Assembly (NCBI GenBank): GCA_903860135.1
Contig: CAIOPG010000017.1
Span: 11,364 to 75,363, forward strand
Direction: 5' to 3'
Source: Candidatus Omnitrophota bacterium
GTDB taxonomy: Bacteria; Omnitrophota; Gorgyraeia; Zapsychrales; Fredricksoniimonadaceae
Length of the DNA: 64,000 nucleotides
A program made the translations under genes and the position numbers. Below the pieces are notes generated by a model. It did not search any database and was not told the origin of the DNA. It saw nothing but the letters and a program-made list of their open reading frames with translations. Below, piece after piece: positions 29,615 through 38,357 of the stretch. How positions within the stretch are numbered: the stretch's first letter is position 1; each line of letters opens with the position of its first letter.

Positions 29615-32110
29615 ATGAAAAAACAAAATCCTGCTAAAGTGATCGCTTGGTTCATCTGCGCCCTCATCGCCCTGTGCATCGGCCTTTACTTCCGGCTTTA
29701 TCCTTTGTACCACAATGTGGCTTCTGACGCCTACGAGCAAGCGACCATGCTGGTTCTTGCCAAAATGCGCGCTGATATTGCGGGGCAAATCTCCAGTGCC
29801 TATCCGACTCTACCACCTGCCCAACAGCAACGGATCATCCAGGAACAGTTAAACCAGGCCCTCCGGACACAAAAAACAAAACTGCACGAGACGTTTGACA
29901 AAGTAAGCCGGGAAATACTCAAAAAGACCGGTGAGACCCGTCATTACCTTCAGGAATCCGATTCTTACTATTTTCTCGACCTGACACAAAACATCCTTGA
30001 AAAAGGCGATGTGAGTACCCAGGTGAACGGCAGTCAATATTTTAATAACCGCATGCTTGCCCCCATCGGCTACTGGGAACCGCAGACATGGCACCCGTAT
30101 ATCGGTGCATGGGTCTACAAAGCCGCAAAAGCATTGAACCCGGATATCGACGTCATGCGGGGCGTTGCGTTCACACCGCTGTTCCTTTTTCCTTTCATCC
30201 TGGGTGCTTTTTTCCTGGCCTGCCGTGCCTTTGGCTGTCAATGGCCTGCGGCTTTCACCGCATCGATCTTTTTCGCCCTTGCCCCCATTTACCTCCAGCG
30301 CAGTACCTATGCCTGGTATGATAACGACTCCTACAGCGTTTTATTCCCCCTGCTCAACATGGGGCTTACAGTCCTGGCATTAAAGTCGCTGGATAACACA
30401 CGCAAAGCCCTGATCTGGAGCGTTCTCGCCGGACTTTCGTTTGCCCTCTTCGCCCGCTTCTGGACCGGATGGAGCTTTTCCTGGGGCATCGCCATGGCCG
30501 CGCTCAGCCTCATGACCGTACGCGCCTATTTCTTTAAAGAACCGCGTCGCCACAATCTTGCCCTGGTGCTTCTCATGACCGGTGCCATCACCCTGACCTG
30601 TCTCACGGCCATGATCGGCTTAAACCAGTTCCTCGCCCTTTTCCCTCTGGCCGCCCAGGAACTCGGCAAATTCATTGCTCCCCGGCTCAAGGACTGGCCG
30701 GACCTTTTCATTGTTGTCGGTGAACTTCGCCGCGGTACAATGGCTGAATCTGTCATGCTGACCGGTGGTCCTGTTGTTTTTTATGGTGCCCTTGCCGCTT
30801 TCTTCATTTACGCCCGCGAGGCGGTCATCAAACATAAAAGCCCGTCGAATGCCATACTCCTGCTGGCTTTCTTTACAGGTGCCACCTTCCTGCTGGCCTT
30901 GAGTGCCGAACGCTTCGCGCTTCTTCTGTTAGCTCCGCTTTCCATTGCTTTTGCGGTTGCCCTCGAACAACTCTGGCAACGGCGCCGGCTCTGGGCAGAA
31001 AGACTCAAACTCCCCAATCAAACCATGGCCAAATCTTTGCTGTTACTATTTTTTATGGGAACCATCATCCCGTTGACAGCAACAAACCAGAATATCGCTT
31101 CATTCCTGCATCCCATCTTCAACTCCGCCTGGGACCGCGCCCTGACAGCCCTGCGCGAGAAGACACCCGAAAACAGCGTCATCAACACCTGGTGGTCTCC
31201 CGGGCACTTTGTCAAAGCTATCGCGCGGCGCAGCGTCACCTTCGACGGCGCATCCATTAAAGGCGAACAAGCCTACTGGCTGACAAAAGTTTATCTGAGC
31301 CCCAATGAAGAAGATGCCCTGGGGATCCTGCGTATGCTTAACACCAGCTCTAACCAGGCGTGTGAATGGTTGCAGGCCCTTGGCTGGCCGGTATCACGCG
31401 CCACAGCCTTGCTTGAAACGATCACACGCATGCCGCGCACCGACGCCAGCCATTACCTGAACGGTATCCTGAGCCCGGTGCAAGCCGCGGCCTTGCTTAA
31501 ACTGACGCATGGCACGCCGCCGCCTTCTTATCTGCTTATCTATAACGAAATCGTGGAAGGTAATGTCCTGCTCGGTTATGTCGGTAAATGGGATTTTACC
31601 CGCATCGAACAATTAAATGCCACCCCCGCCGCACTGAAAAAGATCCCCTCCCGGAGTTCCAAGAATTACATCGACTTCCTCTGGAGCTTAGTCGGCGGGC
31701 CGCTTCGCCAGAGCGAAACACTTTCCCCTGCCGGACGCAATGGCTCCAAGATCCTTTTTGACCAGGGCATGATCCTCGACACCGCTGATATGACGGTCGA
31801 GATCAATTCCCCCAAATTCGGCCGTGGCATCCCTGCGTCGGTGGTTTACCTGGACCCCGCCACCAACCGTGTGCAACAAAAAACGCTCCCCAACGCCACA
31901 ATGAGTTATAGTGCGGTGATCTTCAAGGACAACAACAACATCCCCCACGGCGTGCTCATGGATTCGTTGCTGGCCAATTCACTCATCATGAAATTGTATT
32001 ATTTTAACGGCCAAGGCCTCACGTATTTCAAACCTTTCGCCAAGGAACAAGACCTGAGTGGCCGCACAAAAATCTTGATCTACGCCGTCCAATGGCCGGC
32101 GGGATTTTGA
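29615..32110 (+). CDS. STT3/PglB/AglB-family oligosaccharyltransferase-like protein
   Basis: ESDSYY, AWYDND, VVGEL, ERF; many TM helices; LREKTPENSVINTWWSPGH...RRSVTFDG. Confidence 0.85.
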   Translation: MKKQNPAKVIAWFICALIALCIGLYFRLYPLYHNVASDAYEQATMLVLAKMRADIAGQISSAYPTLPPAQQQRIIQEQLNQALRTQKTKLHETFDKVSREILKKTGETRHYLQESDSYYFLDLTQNILEKGDVSTQVNGSQYFNNRMLAPIGYWEPQTWHPYIGAWVYKAAKALNPDIDVMRGVAFTPLFLFPFILGAFFLACRAFGCQWPAAFTASIFFALAPIYLQRSTYAWYDNDSYSVLFPLLNMGLTVLALKSLDNTRKALIWSVLAGLSFALFARFWTGWSFSWGIAMAALSLMTVRAYFFKEPRRHNLALVLLMTGAITLTCLTAMIGLNQFLALFPLAAQELGKFIAPRLKDWPDLFIVVGELRRGTMAESVMLTGGPVVFYGALAAFFIYAREAVIKHKSPSNAILLLAFFTGATFLLALSAERFALLLLAPLSIAFAVALEQLWQRRRLWAERLKLPNQTMAKSLLLLFFMGTIIPLTATNQNIASFLHPIFNSAWDRALTALREKTPENSVINTWWSPGHFVKAIARRSVTFDGASIKGEQAYWLTKVYLSPNEEDALGILRMLNTSSNQACEWLQALGWPVSRATALLETITRMPRTDASHYLNGILSPVQAAALLKLTHGTPPPSYLLIYNEIVEGNVLLGYVGKWDFTRIEQLNATPAALKKIPSRSSKNYIDFLWSLVGGPLRQSETLSPAGRNGSKILFDQGMILDTADMTVEINSPKFGRGIPASVVYLDPATNRVQQKTLPNATMSYSAVIFKDNNNIPHGVLMDSLLANSLIMKLYYFNGQGLTYFKPFAKEQDLSGRTKILIYAVQWPAGF

Positions 32111-32171
32111 TTAATCTTGTTTTTTAATTTTTTTTTGTTAATATAGTTTCTGTTCTTAAAATAGCTTATTT

Positions 32172-32247
32172 GGGTCGGTAGCTCAGTTGGGAGAGCGCCT
32201 CGTTCGCAATGAGGAGGCCGTGGGTTCAACTCCCATCCGATCCACCA
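32172..32247 (+). tRNA. tRNA-Ala(CGC)
   Basis: 76-nt cloverleaf; acceptor stem GGGTCGG/CCGATCC with G3:U70; anticodon arm CCTCG-TTCGCAA-TGAGG; GGTTCAACT; encoded CCA. Confidence 0.97.
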
Positions 32248-32254
32248 TTTGATA

Positions 32255-32296
32255 CAACAAAAAACCTTGTTCCAGACGGAGCAAGGTTTTTTGTTG
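32255..32296. terminator. bidirectional intrinsic terminator between tRNA-Ala and spoVG
   Basis: CAACAAAAAACCTTGTTCC-AGAC-GGAGCAAGGTTTTTTGTTG inverted repeat with A and T tracts. Confidence 0.85.
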
Positions 32297-32423
32297 GTTT
32301 CAATACCAAAGAGAGGGGACGCCCTTCCGCTTTATCCCACGAGGCCACGCACCCCAAAGTCTTCCTGGCCCCCGCCAGCAAAGAGCGTATCCCGGTGATC
32401 GGGCGCCCCCCCTTATTTATAGC

Positions 32424-32690
32424 TCAACTGTTTGTATGGTAGTGTTCTACCACTTTTTGCGACAAATTTTCATACACCGCGGCTGAGCGGCACACAACCT
32501 GATCATACCAGCGATTATCCTTGCCCTGCTCCTGGGGCATGGAAATAAATAACCCCTTCTTGCCGTCGAGAAGGCGGATCCCGCGGATGACCAGTGTGTC
32601 GTTGACACAAACATCCGCAAAGGCTTTCAGGTTGCCGGCATCGGGCAAGCGATACATCTTTTCCACATTGAACGTAATACTCGACGACAT
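32424..32690 (-). CDS. spoVG: SpoVG family nucleic-acid-binding protein
   Basis: LKAFADV..ND..VIRGIRLLDGKKGLFISMP...GKD; AGGAGG Shine-Dalgarno. Confidence 0.9.
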   Translation of the reverse strand: MSSSITFNVEKMYRLPDAGNLKAFADVCVNDTLVIRGIRLLDGKKGLFISMPQEQGKDNRWYDQVVCRSAAVYENLSQKVVEHYHTNS

Positions 32691-32943
32691 AACTCCTCCT
32701 TCAATTATGATTGATTGGGCTGGGGTCGCCCTTCACACAACAACTATATCACATGATTTGATGATTTGTCAATACTGCATTTGTCTTATGGACAACTTTT
32801 ATTCCAACCCCTGCCCTCTGCCATCAGTTAACTCTCAAGGCAGGATGTCGTTGCGCTAATCACTTAACATATTATTTTAATTAATAAATAGATTGTTGTA
32901 TCCTCAAAGCGTGCTAGGATAATCTTTCTAACAGGAGAAATAT

Positions 32944-33498
32944 ATGTTGAAGGAAATAGGCGCCCATATCCGGCAGATCCGCAAAATAAGAAAAATATCA
33001 CTGACCGAACTTTCCACGGCGAGCCAGGTTCAGATCGCTACCCTTTCACGCATCGAAAACGGAAAAATGACAGGAACGCTGGGGTCACACCTTAATATTG
33101 CCAAAGCCCTGGGCGTCAACCTGGCCGAACTTTATGAAGGCCTTGAAAAACCGGCTCTCACCGCCCTTAAGGCGGGAAACCCCACCGATATGTTGGTTTC
33201 CACCAACGACAAAATATCCTGCGCAATCCTCTCACGCCAGGCGGCATCCAAAAAGATGCTCCCACTGCTCATCAGGATGAATGGTCACACATCCACCGAT
33301 CCTGAACAGGGAAAACCGGGTGCTGAACGTTTCATCTTTGTGCTCGAAGGTACCGTGGCCATCAAGATCAAAGACCAGTCGGTCAAACTGGAAAAGAATG
33401 CGTCACTCTATTTCAGCGCGGCAACCACGCATATCATTGAGAATCCCGGCGCAACAGCCGCAAAATTAATCTCGATCATGACACCGGCATCCCTATGA
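32944..33498 (+). CDS. XRE-family HTH regulator with cupin domain
   Basis: IRQIRK..SLTELS...ATLSRIENGK...IAKALGV; E.FIFVLEG...YF.A...H.IENP. Confidence 0.9.
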   Translation: MLKEIGAHIRQIRKIRKISLTELSTASQVQIATLSRIENGKMTGTLGSHLNIAKALGVNLAELYEGLEKPALTALKAGNPTDMLVSTNDKISCAILSRQAASKKMLPLLIRMNGHTSTDPEQGKPGAERFIFVLEGTVAIKIKDQSVKLEKNASLYFSAATTHIIENPGATAAKLISIMTPASL

Positions 33499-33842
33499 AT
33501 ATCATCCTGATCTATTCACCCGAAGAACGGATGCGTGAGGAAATGAAATCAGCCCTCGCGAACCACCTCCCCCTCATTGTCACCGAGGACCGCGCGCAAT
33601 GCCTTGATGCCCTGAAACAAAAATCAATCATTCACAAAGCCTTCCTGGCCGTCGTTGACGCTGATGATACCGCTGACCTCGAGCTCTTTGAAGAAGCCGC
33701 CGCCTTGCGGCCGGGCCTCAAGATGATCGCCACAGGCCGGCATGAAACAGAAGCGCTGGCCGTTGAAGCCGTTAACCATGGTGCTGACGGCTACATCCTG
33801 CTCCCGCTCACCCCTGACGCCATTATGACGGCGGCGCGCTAG
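33495..33842 (+). CDS. receiver-like (CheY-fold) protein lacking phosphoryl-transfer residues
   Basis: AVEAVNHGADGYILLP resembles receiver alpha4-beta5; ATGA overlap with the XRE gene. Confidence 0.65.
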   Translation: MNIILIYSPEERMREEMKSALANHLPLIVTEDRAQCLDALKQKSIIHKAFLAVVDADDTADLELFEEAAALRPGLKMIATGRHETEALAVEAVNHGADGYILLPLTPDAIMTAAR

Positions 33843-33882
33843 GCGCATTTTCAGGGAACAATCGCATCAAGGGAAGAATATG

Positions 33883-34479
33883 CTATCGGGCAGACTGAAA
33901 GGCGGAATCCTGCCAAAGGCCGGCTCCGTCCTTACGGGCATCGCGAAAAGCCTGACGGAATTTCTCGGCATAACGGATGTTGGGAGGGATGGTCATGGGA
34001 TAGGCGTACCCGTTGCGGATAATATCCTCATTCACAAAAAGGCCGTCGTCGACACGGTAAACATACGCCAACAGGCGCCCGTATTTATCCCGCCTTTCGA
34101 TATCGAATTCCAGACGCACCTTGCGACCTTCCAGCAGTGAAGTTGTATACACACCCGCCCTGTGCCCCATGCGCAGAATATCGTCCACAGCGGTCCCTGA
34201 ACGACGGGCATCGCGCAGGAGTTTTTTGTTCTTACTGGATTCAGGCGTATCGATGCCGACAAAACGCACCTTTTCCCCGTTGGACAACTTGATCGTATCG
34301 CCGTCATAAACATAAACCACATCAATGGCTGTGTAGTCAGCAGGATCGATAGCGATCGGGGGTCGTGCTTTGCCCGGGAATGAGGGGCTATAGTGGAACA
34401 CCGCGAAGAAAAAGGCCATGAAGGCAAGAAGGTATAAGACCGGACGCACGTTGGCGAAAAAACTTGAAGGCTGACGCAT
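33883..34479 (-). CDS. thermonuclease (SNase-like), membrane-anchored
   Basis: VYDGDT, VRFVGIDTPE, DKYGRLLAYV, NE.II.NGYA, AR..GAGLW. Confidence 0.93.
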   Translation of the reverse strand: MRQPSSFFANVRPVLYLLAFMAFFFAVFHYSPSFPGKARPPIAIDPADYTAIDVVYVYDGDTIKLSNGEKVRFVGIDTPESSKNKKLLRDARRSGTAVDDILRMGHRAGVYTTSLLEGRKVRLEFDIERRDKYGRLLAYVYRVDDGLFVNEDIIRNGYAYPMTIPPNIRYAEKFRQAFRDARKDGAGLWQDSAFQSAR

Positions 34480-34481
34480 GA

Positions 34482-35636
34482 TCAGTCAACGTCCTTCAGA
34501 CGGGTAAGGTGCGACGATGGATAGTAGAAATCCAGTATCTGGCGATAATTATAATGCGCCAAAGACATACGATAAGCTCCCCACTGGCATAAACCGACGC
34601 CATGCCCCCAGCCGAACCCGACAAAATCCACGAACCAGCCCTTCATTTCAATGTCATATTTATTGCTTCTGAGAATATTGGGCCCGATGATATCACGGAA
34701 CAACTTTCCTTCAACGATCTCCTCTTTGCCGTCGCGCGCGATGATCTTTAACTTTCTGACCCGGCCGCTTTTGTTGCGCTCTTCCACCTTGATCTCACGG
34801 ATAAGGCCAAGCGTGTACCCCCGGGCATCAAGGGCATCCTGAATATTCTTGAGACGGAAATTCTGGCGCCAGCGATAGTGCGGCGAGTCTATCGAAAAAG
34901 GCGACTGAACCCCGCCCTTCAGGGGCAGGATATCAATATCCCAAAGCTCGGCGGCATCTTCGGTAACCCCGCCGCTATTGGCATGAAAGAAAGCGGGAAA
35001 TATCTTGTCCTTGTACGTCAAGACCTCGCCGTGTGTCCGAGCCACCGCGATATTGGTGCGATAGCGTTCAGCCCCCCTGCCGCCGTACACCTGCGAATAA
35101 ACATCATTGGTCACGTCATAATCATGGGCCGCGAATTTTTCCATGGAATAAACAGCAAACGTGCGCGTCGCCACCGCCTGCGCCTTGATGGCATCGAGCG
35201 GCCACTGATCAGATATTTCACGGTAAAGCACGCCGCCGATATACTGTTCAAGCTCGATGATATTAACTACGGTAATATGCTCGCCGCGGTTATTGATCAC
35301 AAGGATATTGCCCCTGTAACGCTTGTCATTCACACTGACCAAAGCCCCGCGCCGCGGCATGATAAGCAGGCGCACCGCTTCATAAACATGCGGACCAAAA
35401 CGCGTCTTTCCTTTTTCCAGGGACACAAACGTCGGCGGCATCCGGGTGCCTGAATCCAGGCGGATACCGGTGGCAAAATCCATCACATCATAACGGCCTT
35501 CAACCGCCATGGTGAAATGATCTTGATCGCGCAAAAGGGCCACACGGATAAACCGCGCATCGGCCGTAACCAGTCCGTCCATCATAAAAAGGATGATCGG
35601 CAACAAAAAAAACGCACGTAGGAACATGGCCAGCAT
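34482..35636 (-). CDS. SpoIID/LytB domain protein
   Basis: LEQYIGGV..E, KAQAVATRT, SQVYGG, FHANSGG.TE, GWGHGVGLCQWGA. Confidence 0.92.
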   Translation of the reverse strand: MLAMFLRAFFLLPIILFMMDGLVTADARFIRVALLRDQDHFTMAVEGRYDVMDFATGIRLDSGTRMPPTFVSLEKGKTRFGPHVYEAVRLLIMPRRGALVSVNDKRYRGNILVINNRGEHITVVNIIELEQYIGGVLYREISDQWPLDAIKAQAVATRTFAVYSMEKFAAHDYDVTNDVYSQVYGGRGAERYRTNIAVARTHGEVLTYKDKIFPAFFHANSGGVTEDAAELWDIDILPLKGGVQSPFSIDSPHYRWRQNFRLKNIQDALDARGYTLGLIREIKVEERNKSGRVRKLKIIARDGKEEIVEGKLFRDIIGPNILRSNKYDIEMKGWFVDFVGFGWGHGVGLCQWGAYRMSLAHYNYRQILDFYYPSSHLTRLKDVD

Positions 35637-36628
35637 TATAGATGCCCCTTGGCCAGATCCGTCAGCTCGCGCCCGCGCGATGTCCGCCGGAGAAAACCCA
35701 TCTTGAGCAAATAGGGTTCAACCACATCAACGATCGTGTCTGTTTCCTCGTTCAGTGTGGCCGCCAGTGCCTCGATCCCGACGGGACCTCCGTTGTATTG
35801 GTCGCGCATGACCGTCAATATCTTGCGGTCAAACCGGTCCAACCCCTGGGCATCAATGTGCAGCCGGCCCATGGCCTCAACCACCACGGGCAGCCGCAAA
35901 ACAAGCCCGCCGGTCTTCACCTGGGCATAATCGCGCATGCGCTTTAAGAGACGATTGGCGATACGCGGGGTGCCGCGCGAACGGCGTGCCACTTCGAGGG
36001 CAGATTCCCCGTCGATATCCACATTCAGTTTCCTGGCCGAGCGCGCAATGATCTCGGCGAGGTCTTCAGGTTCATAAAAATCAAGGTGATGGAATATCCC
36101 AAAACGATCCCTCAAGGGCGAAGCCAAAAGGCCACTGCGGGTCGTAGCCCCGATGAGCGTAAAAGGTTTTAAATTAAAGTTGATCGTGCGCGCGTAAGGA
36201 CCTTTGTCGACGATAAAGTCGATCTGGAAATTCTCCATGGCCGGGTAAAGGAATTCCTCGACGGTCTTTGCCAAACGATGGATCTCGTCAATAAAAAGGA
36301 TATCGCCCTTCTCGAGATTGGTCAGGATGCCGATAAAATCACCCGCGCGCTCGATGGCCGGCCCCGACGTAACGGTGATCTTCCCGCCCATCTCATGAGC
36401 AATAATATGCGCCAGCGACGTTTTTCCAAGCCCCGGAGGTCCTGAAAAAAGCATATGCTCCAGTGGCTCCCCCCGCTGGCGAGCCGCCTCGACAGCCACC
36501 CTTATATTGGCCACAAGCTCTTTCTGGCCAACAAAATCCTCAAGCTTCGCCGGGCGCAGGGACAAGCTTGTAACCCGGTCCTCTTCGGTCTCATGAGTAT
36601 TGAGCGCAACGCGTTTTAGTTCTTCCAT
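35636..36628 (-). CDS. ruvB: Holliday junction branch migration helicase
   Basis: [44 protein letters not shown]. Confidence 0.98.
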   Translation of the reverse strand: MEELKRVALNTHETEEDRVTSLSLRPAKLEDFVGQKELVANIRVAVEAARQRGEPLEHMLFSGPPGLGKTSLAHIIAHEMGGKITVTSGPAIERAGDFIGILTNLEKGDILFIDEIHRLAKTVEEFLYPAMENFQIDFIVDKGPYARTINFNLKPFTLIGATTRSGLLASPLRDRFGIFHHLDFYEPEDLAEIIARSARKLNVDIDGESALEVARRSRGTPRIANRLLKRMRDYAQVKTGGLVLRLPVVVEAMGRLHIDAQGLDRFDRKILTVMRDQYNGGPVGIEALAATLNEETDTIVDVVEPYLLKMGFLRRTSRGRELTDLAKGHL

Positions 36629-37377
36629 CAGGTATCCGGTTGTTGCTGAACAACAATGTTTTCGGTGTTGCGCAAAAGTTCAATGTCCGCGAACATACGC
36701 TTCTGAGCGATCACCACTTCTTTCATCTTACATAATTCAAGGACAGCCATGAACGTGACGATCAGCTCCAAGCGGTCACGGGCTCCCTCAAACAGATCAC
36801 GCAGCATCATCCGCGGCCGGTCAACGAGCAGCTGAAGGATGCTGTGCACTTTTTCTTCTACCGTATATTCTTCCCGCTCAACTTCATAAATGGACTTGAC
36901 AGGCTTGTTCGCCATCGCCTGCGTTAAGGCGGTGATCAGGTCGAACAGATTGGCCTCAAAATAAACTTCCCGTGAATCCTCCCGCAAGCTGGCCAGTGCT
37001 TCTGCATCAGCACGACGGGCAAAAAGATCCTGGCGCTGTTCGGCTTTCAGTCGTAATTGCTCGGCTGCCTCCTTGATGAGCTGATACTCTTCAAGACGGC
37101 GCACGAGTTCGGTCCTCGGATCCTCCACCTCGGCAACTTCCGTCGGATCCGGTGGGAGGAGCATTTTTGACTTGATCTGCAACAAGGTGGCCGCCATGAC
37201 AAGAAAATCGCCGACCCCGTCGAGATCGAGTATTTTCATCATGTCGATATACCTGATATATTGATCTGTGACCTGGGCGATGGGGATATTGTAAATGTCA
37301 ACCTCATCCTTGCGGATAAGGTACAACAGAAGGTCCAAGGGGCCTTCAAAACTTTCAAGCTGGATCTTGCATGTCAT
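36628..37377 (-). CDS. scpA: segregation/condensation protein A (kleisin)
   Basis: [36 protein letters not shown]. Confidence 0.95.
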   Translation of the reverse strand: MTCKIQLESFEGPLDLLLYLIRKDEVDIYNIPIAQVTDQYIRYIDMMKILDLDGVGDFLVMAATLLQIKSKMLLPPDPTEVAEVEDPRTELVRRLEEYQLIKEAAEQLRLKAEQRQDLFARRADAEALASLREDSREVYFEANLFDLITALTQAMANKPVKSIYEVEREEYTVEEKVHSILQLLVDRPRMMLRDLFEGARDRLELIVTFMAVLELCKMKEVVIAQKRMFADIELLRNTENIVVQQQPDT

Positions 37378-38357
37378 GCCTGAAAAACCGCTTGCCGCAC
37401 TTCTTTCATGGTCGCGGCGGCCATCGCCCCTGCCCGATCAGCGCCGTCACGGAGGATAGCTGAAATGTAGCCGCGGTCAGCCAGTAGCTTCTCCCGTTGC
37501 TCACGGATCGGACGCAAATATTCGATAAGGCCTTCGGCCAGTGTTTTCTTGCAATCTGTACACCCTTTAAGCGCCCCTTCACACCAGGCACAAACCTCGA
37601 TTTCTTTGGCTGGCAAGAATGCCCCGTAATAGGGGAACATGTTGCACGCTTTGGGGTGACCGGGATCCTTGAGCCGCTGACGCCCGGGGTCGGTCATCAT
37701 GCCGCTGACCTTGCGCCGTATCTCATCGGGCGTGTCGGAAAGATTGATGGTATTGCCGTAACTCTTCGACATCTTGCGCCCGTCAAGCCCCATGAGGCGC
37801 GGCACGGGTGTCAGGATCGCCGCACAATCCTCGAAAACATCTTTTTTATAAATGAAATTGAACCGACGTGCAATCTCGCGGGTCAATTCAAGGTGCGGCA
37901 ACTGATCTTCACCGATAGGGACCGCTGCGGCTTTATAAAGCAGAATATCCGCTGCCTGTAGCACAGGATAACCCAGGAAAGCATAAGTCTGCAGATCACG
38001 GGTCGTCACTTCACGCAGTTGTTCTTTATAGGTTGGGTTGCGTTCAAGCCAGCCCAACGGCGTAAGGCAGGCGAGGATCATCTGCAATTCAAGGTGCTGG
38101 GGCACATCTGACTGAACAAAAATAATCGAACGACGGGGATCAATCCCGCAGGCCAGCCAGTCGGCCGCCATTTCCACGCTATGGGACACCATGCCGCCAC
38201 TGTGTTCATACTCACCCATCAGCGCATGCCAGTCAGCAATGGAATACACGCAACAATGCGTGTCCTGCAATTTGACCCAGTTGTTCAGCGCCCCGACGAG
38301 GTGTCCCAGATGCAACTTGCCTGTCGGGCGCATGCCGCTGAATACCGTCTTCATCAC
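37374..38357 (-). CDS. trpS: tryptophan--tRNA ligase
   Basis: SGMRPTGKLHLGH, YPVLQAADIL, GEDQLPHLE, KMSKS. Confidence 0.98.
   Translation of the reverse strand: MMKTVFSGMRPTGKLHLGHLVGALNNWVKLQDTHCCVYSIADWHALMGEYEHSGGMVSHSVEMAADWLACGIDPRRSIIFVQSDVPQHLELQMILACLTPLGWLERNPTYKEQLREVTTRDLQTYAFLGYPVLQAADILLYKAAAVPIGEDQLPHLELTREIARRFNFIYKKDVFEDCAAILTPVPRLMGLDGRKMSKSYGNTINLSDTPDEIRRKVSGMMTDPGRQRLKDPGHPKACNMFPYYGAFLPAKEIEVCAWCEGALKGCTDCKKTLAEGLIEYLRPIREQREKLLADRGYISAILRDGADRAGAMAAATMKEVRQAVFQA

Noticed and set aside
32172-32247. tRNA-Ala as the integration site of a genomic island
   Set aside because: No duplicated tRNA 3' end and no integrase seen by eye; a normal terminator follows
32209-32442. 77-aa ORF overlapping the tRNA
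   Set aside because: Starts inside tRNA-Ala and crosses a terminator
33883-34479. Thermonuclease as part of an anti-phage or toxin system
   Set aside because: Ordinary membrane-anchored SNase at the end of a housekeeping run, with no defence partners nearby
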